A stretch of DNA of 64,000 nt. Source: an uncultured bacterium (GTDB lineage: Bacteria > CSSED10-310). This document shows, one piece after another, positions 17,826 to 27,734 of this stretch. The DNA lies in the NCBI GenBank assembly GCA_964404285.1, contig CAYOJK010000003.1:69511-133510 (forward strand), in the 5' to 3' direction. Each line of letters opens with the position of its first letter. Position 1 is the stretch's first letter. Position numbers and translations under genes: made by a program. Under the pieces are notes generated by a model. That model saw nothing but the letters and a program-made list of their open reading frames with translations. It searched no databases and was not told the DNA's origin.

Positions 17826-18637
17826 TGTTTAATTATGAAAAGTATTTAAGAATAAATAAGTTTCCACATATATGGTGCCCGGGATGTGGTGATGGAACCG
17901 TTTTAAAAAGTCTTCTTAGAGCAATTGATACGTTAAAATGGGATAAAAACGATATTGTCTTGATTTCAGGTATAGGCTGCTCATCCAGAACTCCAGGATA
18001 CGTCGATTTCAATACTCTTCATACGACTCACGGCAGAGCTCTTGCGTTTGCAACCGGTGTCAAATTAGCGAATTCCAAACTTCATGTCATCGTAGTATCC
18101 GGTGATGGCGATGCGACTGCTATTGGAGGTAATCACTTTATTCACGCAGCTCGTCGAAATATCGATATTACAATGATTCTATATAATAATTTTATCTATG
18201 GCATGACGGGCGGCCAGGCTTCTCCAACAACTCCTGCGGGGGCGTATGCTAGCACAGCCCCATACGGATCAATTGAGCCGAACTTCGATATCAGTGAGTT
18301 GGCTAAAGCTGCGGGAGCATCGTTTGTTGGTCGATCTACCGCGTATCATACCAAACAGATGGAAACACTTTTTGTCAAAGCTTTATCCAAAAAGGGATTC
18401 AGCCTTGTTGAGGTTTTCGTTCAATGTCCTACCTCCTATGGACGCAGAAATAAACTTCGTACCCCAGTTGAGATGTTAAGATGGATGAAAGATAATTCTG
18501 TTCCGGTTACGGCAAAACTCACACCGGAACAAATGGAGGGTAAGTTTACCACGGGCATTTTATGGGATATTGAACGACCTGAATATACGGAACAATACGA
18601 TAAACTTGCCCAGCAGGCGCTTGGGGCGAATGATTAG
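17822..18637 (+). CDS. korB: 2-oxoacid:ferredoxin oxidoreductase beta subunit (TPP-binding)
   Basis: WCPGCGDG...GIGCSS...GDGD TPP-binding signature. Overlaps korA by 4 nt. Confidence 0.85.
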   Translation: MMFNYEKYLRINKFPHIWCPGCGDGTVLKSLLRAIDTLKWDKNDIVLISGIGCSSRTPGYVDFNTLHTTHGRALAFATGVKLANSKLHVIVVSGDGDATAIGGNHFIHAARRNIDITMILYNNFIYGMTGGQASPTTPAGAYASTAPYGSIEPNFDISELAKAAGASFVGRSTAYHTKQMETLFVKALSKKGFSLVEVFVQCPTSYGRRNKLRTPVEMLRWMKDNSVPVTAKLTPEQMEGKFTTGILWDIERPEYTEQYDKLAQQALGAND

Positions 18638-18659
18638 CCAGTAGTGGAGATTATAAATC

Positions 18660-19211
18660 ATGAGATATGAAATACGTTTAAGCGGTTCAGGGGGACAAGG
18701 AATGATACTTGCCGGAGTGATCCTGGCAGAAGCAGCGGCAATTTATGACCAAAAAAATGCCACTCAAAGTCAATCATACGGTCCTGAAGCTCGTGGTGGA
18801 GCCAGTAAATCAGAAGTTATCATCAGCGATGAGGATATCTTTTTTCCCAAAGCAACCAATATTGATCTTTTATTGGCGCTGACTCAGGAAAGCTGTGATA
18901 AATATATTCATGACTTGAAACCCGATGGGATTCTTATTGTCGATGAAGATTTTGTGCAAAAATTACCCTCGGGGGATTTCAAAACACACATAGTGCCAAT
19001 AACCCGAATCGCTCAAGAAAAAATCGGCAAAATCATTGTCGCCAATATTGTTGCCCTAGGTGTAGTTGTGGCGCTGTCAGGTATCGTGAGCGAATCAGCC
19101 ATAGAGAGCGCTGTTTTGACAAGAGTTCCAAAAGGTACTGAAGAACTCAACCGAAAAGCTCTTCAAGCTGGTCTGGAAGCCATAAAAAAAGCTGAAAAGA
19201 AGTCCAGTTGA
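18660..19211 (+). CDS. korG: 2-oxoacid:ferredoxin oxidoreductase gamma subunit
   Basis: 183 aa with the POR/KOR gamma fold signature (SGSGGQG...EARGG). It is the last gene of the sucCD-korDABG block. Confidence 0.8.
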   Translation: MRYEIRLSGSGGQGMILAGVILAEAAAIYDQKNATQSQSYGPEARGGASKSEVIISDEDIFFPKATNIDLLLALTQESCDKYIHDLKPDGILIVDEDFVQKLPSGDFKTHIVPITRIAQEKIGKIIVANIVALGVVVALSGIVSESAIESAVLTRVPKGTEELNRKALQAGLEAIKKAEKKSS

Positions 19212-19271
19212 AAAAAGTTGTGGACTCCACGTAAGCAAAGTAGCGGTTATAACAGACCCGTCAAAGAACAC

Positions 19272-20735
19272 TCAAAGAAAAGAGAATTCTACAACGTCAA
19301 TATCACCCAATAAAGATCCTTTGGAATCAAGCATACCTGCCCAAATTCTAACCGGACCAAACTGCGGCATATCCAAAGGAACAATAAATTGAAGAATGTT
19401 CTGATTGATTGTGCTGTTACCTCCAAGAATCGTGTAATTGAAATCAACATCTCGTGACCAAGAAGGCCAAAAATAAAACTGCTCATTCCCAAATTGCGCA
19501 CCGATATCCAGGATAATATATTCGGAAAAATTCACTGAAGCATGGCTGGGATTAACCACTGAAGCACTCAAGATAAAAAAACTTCCCGGTAAGAATTCTG
19601 TCTGATTGATTGAAAACTTGATGATTGGGTCTTTATCCCCTGGATCGAATCCATAATAATTTCGATGGAATTCCTTATAAAATTCCCAGGCAATTGCCTG
19701 ATCATGAATAATCAGAGTATTTTCATCGTTGATTGTCTGAGCTGCTAATGTCCAATTGTATGAGCCGGTAACAACCCTGGCTGTTGACAGGTTGGCATCA
19801 AAGACAGCAAATTTATGGTGAAGAAGATTGGCATGAGGTTCAATCTGTTTGCTTGTGAGCACATCGACATAATTATTTTTAAGATATTTATATACTGAAT
19901 ATGGCGCAGATGCTTGATATTCATCCATGACGCCCTGAACATGAATACCATCTTGATGTTTTTGGATCAGCTTTCCAGCCAAGTTTGTTTGCGTGAAGGT
20001 AAACATACAGAAGTGGATTGAATCGATTGCTTCGTCCATATTGTTCATCAATGCATCATACGCGGTATTGGGAGATGGGTTTTTTGTTGGGGAGAAATAG
20101 ACTTCTATCGGAACTCCATTACAGATAACTAGATTATCGACAACTGTTCTTTTATTGGTTGAAAAGGAACAGTCACCAGGTGGCCCGAATTCAGCTCCCC
20201 ACATTTCATTGAATTCTATTAAATAGGTTTGAGCCAAATCAGGGCAGTCAATAGCTACAGCATGGTTGTTATTGTAGATAGTGCCCGAGTCTGTGATGTT
20301 ATATGAGCCGGTCCAGACTGTTTTGCCATCGATCACGCAAAATTTATTATGAGAATTCAGGCTATCACCAGACCAGCCGTCACAAGTTTCATCGATCACG
20401 TGAAGCCCGGCTGCTTCCAGTCGTTTACAAGCTGACAAGTGACGATTATTTGCATCGGTAATAATGCGTATATTATCTATACCTAATCGATTGGCGGCCT
20501 CGATAAACGCTTCGACAATGGCGACTCTTCCAATAGAATAAAAGGCGGCGGCGACTGATTTATCCGCGCTCTCGATCAGCTTTATCAATTCCGTATCGAT
20601 TCCATTACTTTGACTGTGGGATGCATCGTTAAAAATCACTTGAAAACCTTCAGGGAGATTCGAGGCGGATAGGGATGCCATTCCGGCTAATATTGCGAAA
20701 AGTCCTAAAATTGCTGATAATAAAACGCGTTTCAT
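19272..20735 (-). CDS. Secreted phospholipase D-superfamily protein with two HKD motifs (PLD/Nuc-like phosphodiesterase) plus a C-terminal domain of unknown function
   Basis: Signal peptide MKRVLLSAILGLFAILAGMASLSA. First HKD: HNKFCVIDGKTVWTGSYNIT. Second HKD: HHKFAVFDANLSTARVVTGSYNWT. Each matches HxKxxxxD...GSxN. Confidence 0.7.
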   Translation of the reverse strand: MKRVLLSAILGLFAILAGMASLSASNLPEGFQVIFNDASHSQSNGIDTELIKLIESADKSVAAAFYSIGRVAIVEAFIEAANRLGIDNIRIITDANNRHLSACKRLEAAGLHVIDETCDGWSGDSLNSHNKFCVIDGKTVWTGSYNITDSGTIYNNNHAVAIDCPDLAQTYLIEFNEMWGAEFGPPGDCSFSTNKRTVVDNLVICNGVPIEVYFSPTKNPSPNTAYDALMNNMDEAIDSIHFCMFTFTQTNLAGKLIQKHQDGIHVQGVMDEYQASAPYSVYKYLKNNYVDVLTSKQIEPHANLLHHKFAVFDANLSTARVVTGSYNWTLAAQTINDENTLIIHDQAIAWEFYKEFHRNYYGFDPGDKDPIIKFSINQTEFLPGSFFILSASVVNPSHASVNFSEYIILDIGAQFGNEQFYFWPSWSRDVDFNYTILGGNSTINQNILQFIVPLDMPQFGPVRIWAGMLDSKGSLLGDIDVVEFSFL

Positions 20736-20829
20736 TTAGTGCCTCCTGGAAAATAGATGTACTGGAGATACTGATTTGCGTCAAGATCAAACCGTAAAGA
20801 AAACGTTGACCGACGTCTGAAAGGCTTGA

Positions 20830-22755
20830 ATGACAAAAGAAAAACTGATGGTCAAAACGGGTATGTTCTGGGTAGCGCTAATAGCTGCGTTTTTCCGCTT
20901 TGGTCACCTTGTCATGCTTCATACGGATCCGGTTGCGGATATTCTAGTTTTAGACAGTTTGGCGTATGACACGACAGCAACACAAATAGTGAGCGGGAAT
21001 TTACCGCAAACCATATACTTCCAAGCGCCTTTTTACCCCTACTTCCTTGCTGCTTTTTACTCTATTTCAAACCATAATGTTCAACTGATTCGAATCATTC
21101 AAGCTTTTATCGATTTACTAACAATCATATTGGTTTATAGGATAACGCAGAATCTATTCAATTATGCAGCCGCTGTTTTAGCTGGATTGTCACTGGCAGT
21201 ATATCCCGTTTTAATTTTCCAAACAGGTTTGGTTTTAAAGACGACTTTGAATGTTTTCTTTGCCGCTTTAATGCTCTGGCTGATACTGGAACGTCATTTG
21301 AAAATTCCTATCAGTATCAGATTGATATTATTGGGGTTAACTAGCGGTTATGCCTCTGCAGCTCAAGGGTCGGTTCTTTTGCAGTTACCTTTTATAGTTT
21401 TATGGATTGTTATTGACGCTGATTGGAAAAAACCAAGCAAGTGGATTGTGCGCTTAGGTTTCTTTTTAATCGGCTTGATTATCAGTATCGGTCCTTTTAC
21501 ATGGCGAAATTACCGTATGAGTGGTCGATTTGTACTTTTGACATCTCAAGGTGGAGCAAATCTTTATTTGGGTAATAGTCCGTATTCTGACGGAACATCC
21601 AAAAGACCACCGCGTATTCGGGCAACTCCTGAGTTTGAAGAGGCGGATTTTCATCGTGAAGCAGAAAGAGCTGCAGGAAGAAAATTATCTCCGGAAGAAT
21701 CGGGAAAATACTGGCGAAATGAGGCGTTAAAATGGATTCGAGATAATCCGAAGGAAGCCTTGCTTTTACAGATACGGAAACTGGGTTTATTTTGGAATAG
21801 AGTTGAAATACCGGATAATTATGACTTCGATTTTTACCGTAGATATTCGATTTTTATCAGATACCCCCGATTTCCTTTTTGGTTTTTAGGATCGCTGGGT
21901 TTGACCGGAATGCTCTTCTTTATGAAAACGTGGAAGAAAACCTGGTTTTTATATCTATGGACTGTGTCTTATTGTCTTATCTGGGTAGCCTTTCATATCT
22001 ATTCCAGATACCGATTGCCTGTGGTAGTTTTTTTGGCGCCGTTCTTTGGCGCCTGCTGTTACGAAATATTTCTGTTGATAAAGTCTGGCCAACTTGGAAA
22101 ACTACTCAAAATTGGGATTGTTTTACTGATTTTTATTTTATTACAGGCGATTCCACTTACCTCTTATTCACACGCTCAGCCATTGTTCAATTTGGGAAGC
22201 GGCTTGACAAAATTGGGCAAAATGGAAGAAGCAAGGCAAGCTTATCTGGATGCGCTAGCCGAAAAACCAGATTATGAACCGGCGATGGTGAATCTAGGTA
22301 AACTTGCTTGGAATCTTGGAAATCATTATGAAGCAGGTTCATGGTGGATAAAGACTTTGAAATTGTACCCTAATTCGGTTGAAGCGCATTCAAATCTTGG
22401 TACTTTTTTAGCTATGAACAGCAATATGCCGGCGGCTAAGGAGCATTTCGAAAAAGCCGTGGAAATCCAACCTTATTATTCGCTTGGTTGGCTTCATTTA
22501 GCTCAAGCAGAACAGAGTCTGGAAAATTGTGCAAAAGCGATCATTGCTTTTGACAAGGTATTGGATTTGGAACCTTCAGATGTTCAGGCTCTTTATGGTA
22601 AGGCAATGTGTTTAGAATCATTGGGTCAAACAGAGTCAGCTATTGAAACCTGGCGAATGTATGTACTGGAAGCGGAGCATAAGGTTGAAGAGTCCACCTA
22701 TATTAAGGAAGCTGTCCGGCGGCTTCAATTGTTGAGTTCAGATGCCGATTATTAA
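20830..22755 (+). CDS. Polytopic membrane glycosyltransferase-like protein (PMT_2/ArnT-like GT-C fold) with C-terminal TPR repeats
   Basis: About 11 predicted TM helices in the N-terminal 430 aa, with aromatic-rich loops. The C-terminal roughly 200 aa are TPR repeats (AYLDALAEKPDYEPAMVNLGKLAW...). Confidence 0.6.
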   Translation: MTKEKLMVKTGMFWVALIAAFFRFGHLVMLHTDPVADILVLDSLAYDTTATQIVSGNLPQTIYFQAPFYPYFLAAFYSISNHNVQLIRIIQAFIDLLTIILVYRITQNLFNYAAAVLAGLSLAVYPVLIFQTGLVLKTTLNVFFAALMLWLILERHLKIPISIRLILLGLTSGYASAAQGSVLLQLPFIVLWIVIDADWKKPSKWIVRLGFFLIGLIISIGPFTWRNYRMSGRFVLLTSQGGANLYLGNSPYSDGTSKRPPRIRATPEFEEADFHREAERAAGRKLSPEESGKYWRNEALKWIRDNPKEALLLQIRKLGLFWNRVEIPDNYDFDFYRRYSIFIRYPRFPFWFLGSLGLTGMLFFMKTWKKTWFLYLWTVSYCLIWVAFHIYSRYRLPVVVFLAPFFGACCYEIFLLIKSGQLGKLLKIGIVLLIFILLQAIPLTSYSHAQPLFNLGSGLTKLGKMEEARQAYLDALAEKPDYEPAMVNLGKLAWNLGNHYEAGSWWIKTLKLYPNSVEAHSNLGTFLAMNSNMPAAKEHFEKAVEIQPYYSLGWLHLAQAEQSLENCAKAIIAFDKVLDLEPSDVQALYGKAMCLESLGQTESAIETWRMYVLEAEHKVEESTYIKEAVRRLQLLSSDADY

Positions 22756-22770
22756 AGGGATGTCTTATTT

Positions 22771-24186
22771 TTACCGATCGAGATTTAAAAGGTGTCGAGC
22801 TCCAGGTGTTCTAGCAAGAATCCATTTGACTGTATGAAGAAAGCCGCCTGTTCGAATATTGTTCATGATAGAAGCTCGATAGTGACCCATGGTGTGGGCG
22901 ATATAGTCAGTATGTGACCAAGATTCGGGGCTGTATTTATCGTCATAATCAGGCGCTCGGCGAGGATTTTTTATCCATTCTTGCAGCGGGCGCGTAGTTA
23001 TTTCAGACGTAAAATGCTCAAAGCAGTAATTAAATGCTTTTTGAGCTGTTGAATTTAACATGTCCGGGTTGTCAATAGCATAGGTTAATGCATTGACCAA
23101 ACCGTCAACATTTTCCGGTTCAAATGTCAATCCAAGAGAATTATTCTTAATAATTATGGATAAATCACATAATTCAGAAGTCAAAACAGGAAGTTTAAAT
23201 TGCATCCAATCCAACAATCGATTTCTGCTTCCCAGAATACCCTCATATGAAAACAGATCGATGTTGACGCCGATGTTTGCTTCTTGAAGGTATGATGGAA
23301 TATCCGTGAAGGGTATCCATCCTCTCATAATGAACCGATTTTTATATTTTGACTGCCCGATTTTATTCAAGAAATAACGGTATGTTATTTCATCGTGAGA
23401 AGATATCTCGCCTCCTGTGCTGACAAAATAGGCATTTGGATGGATTTGAAAGAGTATTTCCAAAGATTTGAACAGCGTTTTTACATCTGCCCAGGTATTA
23501 TATCCACCACTCCAAAGAATGATGAAAGCATCCTCGGGAACATGAACGCCTCTAAGGAGAGGTTTTTTATCACTATGGTCGAACAATGTATTTTCACTTA
23601 TTGAACAGGGTATGACATGGGTGAACTGGTATCCAGTTGTGGCTCGGTTTAAACGGAATCGAGTTCCTAATTCTCCAATTGTGGCAAAAGACTGAGGTGT
23701 TGCAACAACAGAGAATATGTCAGCTCTGTCGAGAATGGTTTTTTCCTGATGCCAGAGTTGTGATAGGTAATAATTGTCTTTGAAAACCTGTGATTTTGTT
23801 TGGGCTTCAGCCATGATATGTCCAAACAAATCGGCCCAGATAGGGCGATTAGTATTTAGTTTTGTTGCTATATATGATGGATATACAGTGGCTCCAACGA
23901 TGCAATCGGGATCGAAATTATCATGTATTTGCTGAAGCCAGGTTTTATTTTCAAACATCTCTTGAGTGACATTATAATAAATGAGATTACCATGCTCTTC
24001 GGCTCTTATTTTTTCTTTATCACCAGATTGTTTTGCTGCAAGGTGCCGACTACAGACAAGACAGATTCTGTGATTTTTTTCGAGTAAAGGCGACACAAAT
24101 TGCCAGGTGCGTTTTCCTGGTGCAAGGGTGAATCTTTCATTTTCAGTAGGTAATGGGCTCAGACCTAACAATAATATTCGTTTCAC
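22771..24186 (-). CDS. Putative GT-B-fold glycosyltransferase (paralogue of the N-terminal half of the upstream gene)
   Basis: 471 aa. Its N-terminus MKRILLLGLSPLPTENERFTLAPGKRTWQF parallels MPKLLVFGFSPLPFENTQKTYGPGIRAWQF of the neighbour. Shared motif LWSGG(Y/F)NTW(A/T)D(V/I) and FVSTGG...HDEITY. Confidence 0.5.
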   Translation of the reverse strand: MKRILLLGLSPLPTENERFTLAPGKRTWQFVSPLLEKNHRICLVCSRHLAAKQSGDKEKIRAEEHGNLIYYNVTQEMFENKTWLQQIHDNFDPDCIVGATVYPSYIATKLNTNRPIWADLFGHIMAEAQTKSQVFKDNYYLSQLWHQEKTILDRADIFSVVATPQSFATIGELGTRFRLNRATTGYQFTHVIPCSISENTLFDHSDKKPLLRGVHVPEDAFIILWSGGYNTWADVKTLFKSLEILFQIHPNAYFVSTGGEISSHDEITYRYFLNKIGQSKYKNRFIMRGWIPFTDIPSYLQEANIGVNIDLFSYEGILGSRNRLLDWMQFKLPVLTSELCDLSIIIKNNSLGLTFEPENVDGLVNALTYAIDNPDMLNSTAQKAFNYCFEHFTSEITTRPLQEWIKNPRRAPDYDDKYSPESWSHTDYIAHTMGHYRASIMNNIRTGGFLHTVKWILARTPGARHLLNLDR

Positions 24187-26531
24187 TTAAAGACCTTCCG
24201 TTGAAAACCTCGAAAAACCAGCCAGATAATTCGAGGTGTAACATGTAGATAAGCTCGACATATTGGGATGAACTGTTCGTTGATGGCAAATTTACGAATC
24301 CATTCCCATTCAGCACGTCGAAATGTGCCCAGAAAATATCGAAGCGGGAAATGTTTTAAAACTAATTTCAGACGATTCCGATGATACAGAGTATAAAATC
24401 GTCGGCTAAACTTTCCCGTTGACGTGGATTCTTTATGTAAAGCAATGGCTTTATGACAGTATCTGACTCGATAACCGGCCCTTGAAGCCCGGATACAAAA
24501 ATCCAACTCTTCAAAGTAAGCAGGGGAAAACCGTTTGTCAAAATAACCTATTTCTCGAACAAGCGCTTTTTTAAATGCAAAGGCTGCGCCGGTAACATAG
24601 TCGACATCTCGGTCTTCATCGTATTGGCCCCTATCTTTTTCTCCGGCGCCGAAGTGATCAGTCAATCCATTGGGATGAAAAATGCCGCCGGCATGCTGCA
24701 AAGTGATGCCATCAGGATGATAAATTTTGCAGCCGGCAATTGCTACTGATTCGGTCATCAAAACATGTACAATCTCTGTTAAGAGCCCTTTTTGCATTAT
24801 TGCATCTTGATTTAAAAGAAATACGACGTCTCCAACTGATTTCTCGACACCTTGGTTAACACCGAGAGTAAATCCTTTGTTATGTGAATTGCGTATCAGT
24901 GTTATTTCTGGATAAAACTGTTGAATGTGCTCAGGTGTTCCATCCGAAGAACCATTATCGATGACAATGCATTCCAGATTTGGGTAATCGTGGTTAAGAA
25001 CCGATTTTAAACAGGGGTCAATATCATCTTTTCCATTCCAAGTGACAATAACGACGCTGATGAGCGGGTCTTTGGGTATTGGCAGCGGGGCAGAGGTCAG
25101 TTTAGGTCGATTGATAACCATATTTTCAATTTGACTGTTCTGACATTTTTGCTCAAACTGTTTTTCCAGATGTCTGATATATCGTTCCAGTTCGGTAATA
25201 TGGCTGTTTTTATTTTCAAGATCTTTTTCAATTATTTGTATGTAATTATGTGAAATATCTTTTGGAAAATCTGTCATACCTAAGTCAGGTTGTTGGGCAT
25301 GTTTGTCCGGCGCTTTTTCTGGGGAGTTCAGCCATTGTCGAAAGGGTAGTGTTGTTGCTTCAAATGAAAGATGTCGTAATGCATATTCCCTTGCACGCCG
25401 ACCTGTTAATTTGACTTCTTCAGGGTTTTGCGCGAGCTTCAAGATACGGTTACTTAGCGCCTCAGAATCGCCAAGAGGGTAGCTATATCCCAATCCTTTT
25501 TGCGGTAAATCGATGGAAAGCTCACATAATTCGCCTATTAAAGCCGGCAAATCAGCTTTCATCCAGTCCATCACTCTGTTTTTGCTACCGAAAATGCCTT
25601 CATACATATACCGATCAATATTAATCCCAATATTTGCTTCAAAATATGTGTTATGCACATCTTCCTTGGGAATCCAGCCTTTCAAGACAAATCTATCGGC
25701 ATACTTCGAACGATTCACAAGTTTGACAAATTTGGGGTAAGTGATCTCATCGTGACCATCTATCTGTCCGCCAGTGCTGACAAAATAAATATTCGGATTT
25801 TCTGCCATAGCTTTTTCAAGAGCATTAAACAGTGTATCGATATCTGTCCAGGTATTGAATCCGCCTGACCAGAGGACGACAAAAGCATTTTGAGGCACAT
25901 CTTTTCCTCGAAAGATAGTTTTATCATGCGTATAGAGCTCAGGTTCAATTGCGCAAGGGATTGAATGACAGAATTCATACCCCGTTGTTTGCGCTGAGAG
26001 GCGCTTGATTAGACCTAATTCACCTATCGTTGCATAAGATTGAGCTCTGGAAACGGTAGAAAACTTATCACCTGTTCGCAAAGCTAGGTATTGATGGTGT
26101 AAAAAATGATCCAGATATTCATTCGATTGATAGCGAAAGGCTTTTGCTTGTGCCTCTGCCATAACGTGTCCGAAAAGATCGATCCATACAGGGGCTGAAT
26201 ATTTTAGTTTTTCCAGTGGTTTGCAAGCAAAAACGGTGGCTGCCAAAATTACATCCGGTTTAAAACGATCGTGGATATCCTGAATTCTATGTTTATCGTT
26301 AAACACTTTATCAGACAGGTTGTAATACGTAAAACCATGTTTTTCTGTGATAATTTCTGGTGGTGTAGAGTCGGGATAAACAGAGGGTATTCGGTTGGCA
26401 ATTAAGGTCAACTCAATATTATCATCCAGAAGAGGTTGAATAAATTGCCAAGCACGAATTCCTGGTCCATAGGTCTTTTGTGTGTTTTCAAATGGAAGCG
26501 GGCTGAATCCAAAAACAAGAAGTTTGGGCAT
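24183..26531 (-). CDS. Bifunctional glycosyltransferase: N-terminal GT-B-like domain, central coiled coil, C-terminal GT2 (GT-A) domain
   Basis: The C-terminal VVIVTWNG...IVIDNGSSDGT...LNQD...EELDFC is a family-2 glycosyltransferase signature. The N-terminal 430 aa are paralogous to ORF 22771-24186. Confidence 0.65.
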   Translation of the reverse strand: MPKLLVFGFSPLPFENTQKTYGPGIRAWQFIQPLLDDNIELTLIANRIPSVYPDSTPPEIITEKHGFTYYNLSDKVFNDKHRIQDIHDRFKPDVILAATVFACKPLEKLKYSAPVWIDLFGHVMAEAQAKAFRYQSNEYLDHFLHHQYLALRTGDKFSTVSRAQSYATIGELGLIKRLSAQTTGYEFCHSIPCAIEPELYTHDKTIFRGKDVPQNAFVVLWSGGFNTWTDIDTLFNALEKAMAENPNIYFVSTGGQIDGHDEITYPKFVKLVNRSKYADRFVLKGWIPKEDVHNTYFEANIGINIDRYMYEGIFGSKNRVMDWMKADLPALIGELCELSIDLPQKGLGYSYPLGDSEALSNRILKLAQNPEEVKLTGRRAREYALRHLSFEATTLPFRQWLNSPEKAPDKHAQQPDLGMTDFPKDISHNYIQIIEKDLENKNSHITELERYIRHLEKQFEQKCQNSQIENMVINRPKLTSAPLPIPKDPLISVVIVTWNGKDDIDPCLKSVLNHDYPNLECIVIDNGSSDGTPEHIQQFYPEITLIRNSHNKGFTLGVNQGVEKSVGDVVFLLNQDAIMQKGLLTEIVHVLMTESVAIAGCKIYHPDGITLQHAGGIFHPNGLTDHFGAGEKDRGQYDEDRDVDYVTGAAFAFKKALVREIGYFDKRFSPAYFEELDFCIRASRAGYRVRYCHKAIALHKESTSTGKFSRRFYTLYHRNRLKLVLKHFPLRYFLGTFRRAEWEWIRKFAINEQFIPICRAYLHVTPRIIWLVFRGFQRKVFK

Positions 26532-26534
26532 TGG

Positions 26535-27617
26535 TCAGTTCTTTCTATCTATAAACTCAGTCAAGATGTTCAGGTATTTTTCTTGTAGATATAAAACAGT
26601 GCGCTGCTTTTCCGTAATTATTTTTTCAAGGTGAAAACAATATTGTTCCAATTTCCCATATTCAATTTGGTGTTCTTCAAATACGATATTCTTCTCCTTT
26701 ATATCAGTTGACAATTCATGGATTTTCTTATTTAAACCTGTAATGGAAGTTGAGTGACTCTTTAATTCCAATTCTAATTTTTTTATTGTGGATTCAAGTT
26801 TTTCCGCGTAATTAACCAAGTTTTTGAGCGCTGTATGTGTTTTTTTAAAAGCATCAACTATATTACCTGTATCTTGTTTTACGGGTGGCAATTTTAAATT
26901 CGAGCCTTTAAAAACAGGCAATGGAAAATGGCTGGCAACAATAAAAGTACGGTAAGAATCTGTTTCATCCTTACATGTTGTCGGCGCGCTGTTGATCAAT
27001 GCAAAAACTTCATTTCGTATAGGTTGTGCGTCGGGAAGAATGCCTAAAAAGTGGTCGATCAAAGAAGAAAGCAGCCAGATATGGTTAGGAAAGATATATA
27101 GTTTTTTTATGTATTTAAATGTTTCTGCAAGTTTTTGCTCGACGTGATCAGAATTGACGCCGGAAAAAGTAAAATGCTCATCCAAATAACGGTTTGATTT
27201 GCTATATAGATAAGTATAAATATCAGAAAGGGTTTTCTCATGAGTTATGCTGAATTCATGCTTTATGGGAAAAGCAAATATTGCCGTGTGTGAAGTGATT
27301 CTGGATATTTCTTGCAGCATTCTCCCACGGTTTACTTCATCTAAATGTTCCAGGACATCTAAACATACAATGATATCGAAAGCTTTTTTTCTAAACGGCA
27401 ACTGCTCACCATAGCATTGAATCAATGTCCCTTTGGTATTCTTTCGATCAATGTCAGCTTGTATTACAGGATATTGGTTTAAAAAAGATGTTAAAAGATT
27501 TTCGTTTGAACCTAAGTCAAGAATAGTTGGATTAGCCAAACCAGACGCCCTCAATGTTCGGATGTACTCGGTCGTAAAATAATATCTGTTGAATTTATCT
27601 GGCGCTTCGAAGATCAT
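26535..27617 (-). CDS. Class I SAM-dependent methyltransferase with C-terminal coiled-coil tail
   Basis: ILDLGSNENLL...DIIVCLDVLEHLDE matches the Methyltransf_11/23-like motifs I and post-II. The last roughly 110 aa are heptad-rich. Confidence 0.7.
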   Translation of the reverse strand: MIFEAPDKFNRYYFTTEYIRTLRASGLANPTILDLGSNENLLTSFLNQYPVIQADIDRKNTKGTLIQCYGEQLPFRKKAFDIIVCLDVLEHLDEVNRGRMLQEISRITSHTAIFAFPIKHEFSITHEKTLSDIYTYLYSKSNRYLDEHFTFSGVNSDHVEQKLAETFKYIKKLYIFPNHIWLLSSLIDHFLGILPDAQPIRNEVFALINSAPTTCKDETDSYRTFIVASHFPLPVFKGSNLKLPPVKQDTGNIVDAFKKTHTALKNLVNYAEKLESTIKKLELELKSHSTSITGLNKKIHELSTDIKEKNIVFEEHQIEYGKLEQYCFHLEKIITEKQRTVLYLQEKYLNILTEFIDRKN

Positions 27618-27734
27618 AACTTGATTATTTTATCAGAAAGAGAGATACTTTCACATAAGGAATGCGTCATAATAGACGCCAGGATATCTTATCTGGATGT
27701 AATTGGTATTTACAGTTTTTATGGGAGGTTCTCA

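Noticed and set aside
19203-19232. Hairpin AGTCCA-(14 nt)-TGGACT after korG as a terminator
   Set aside because: Only a 6-bp stem with a large loop and no following T tract. Weak.
19272-19600. C-terminal domain of the PLD-family protein as a possible T9SS sorting domain
   Set aside because: The last roughly 100 residues do not show the recognisable T9SS CTD sequence pattern by eye. A profile search (TIGR04183) would be needed, so no claim is made.
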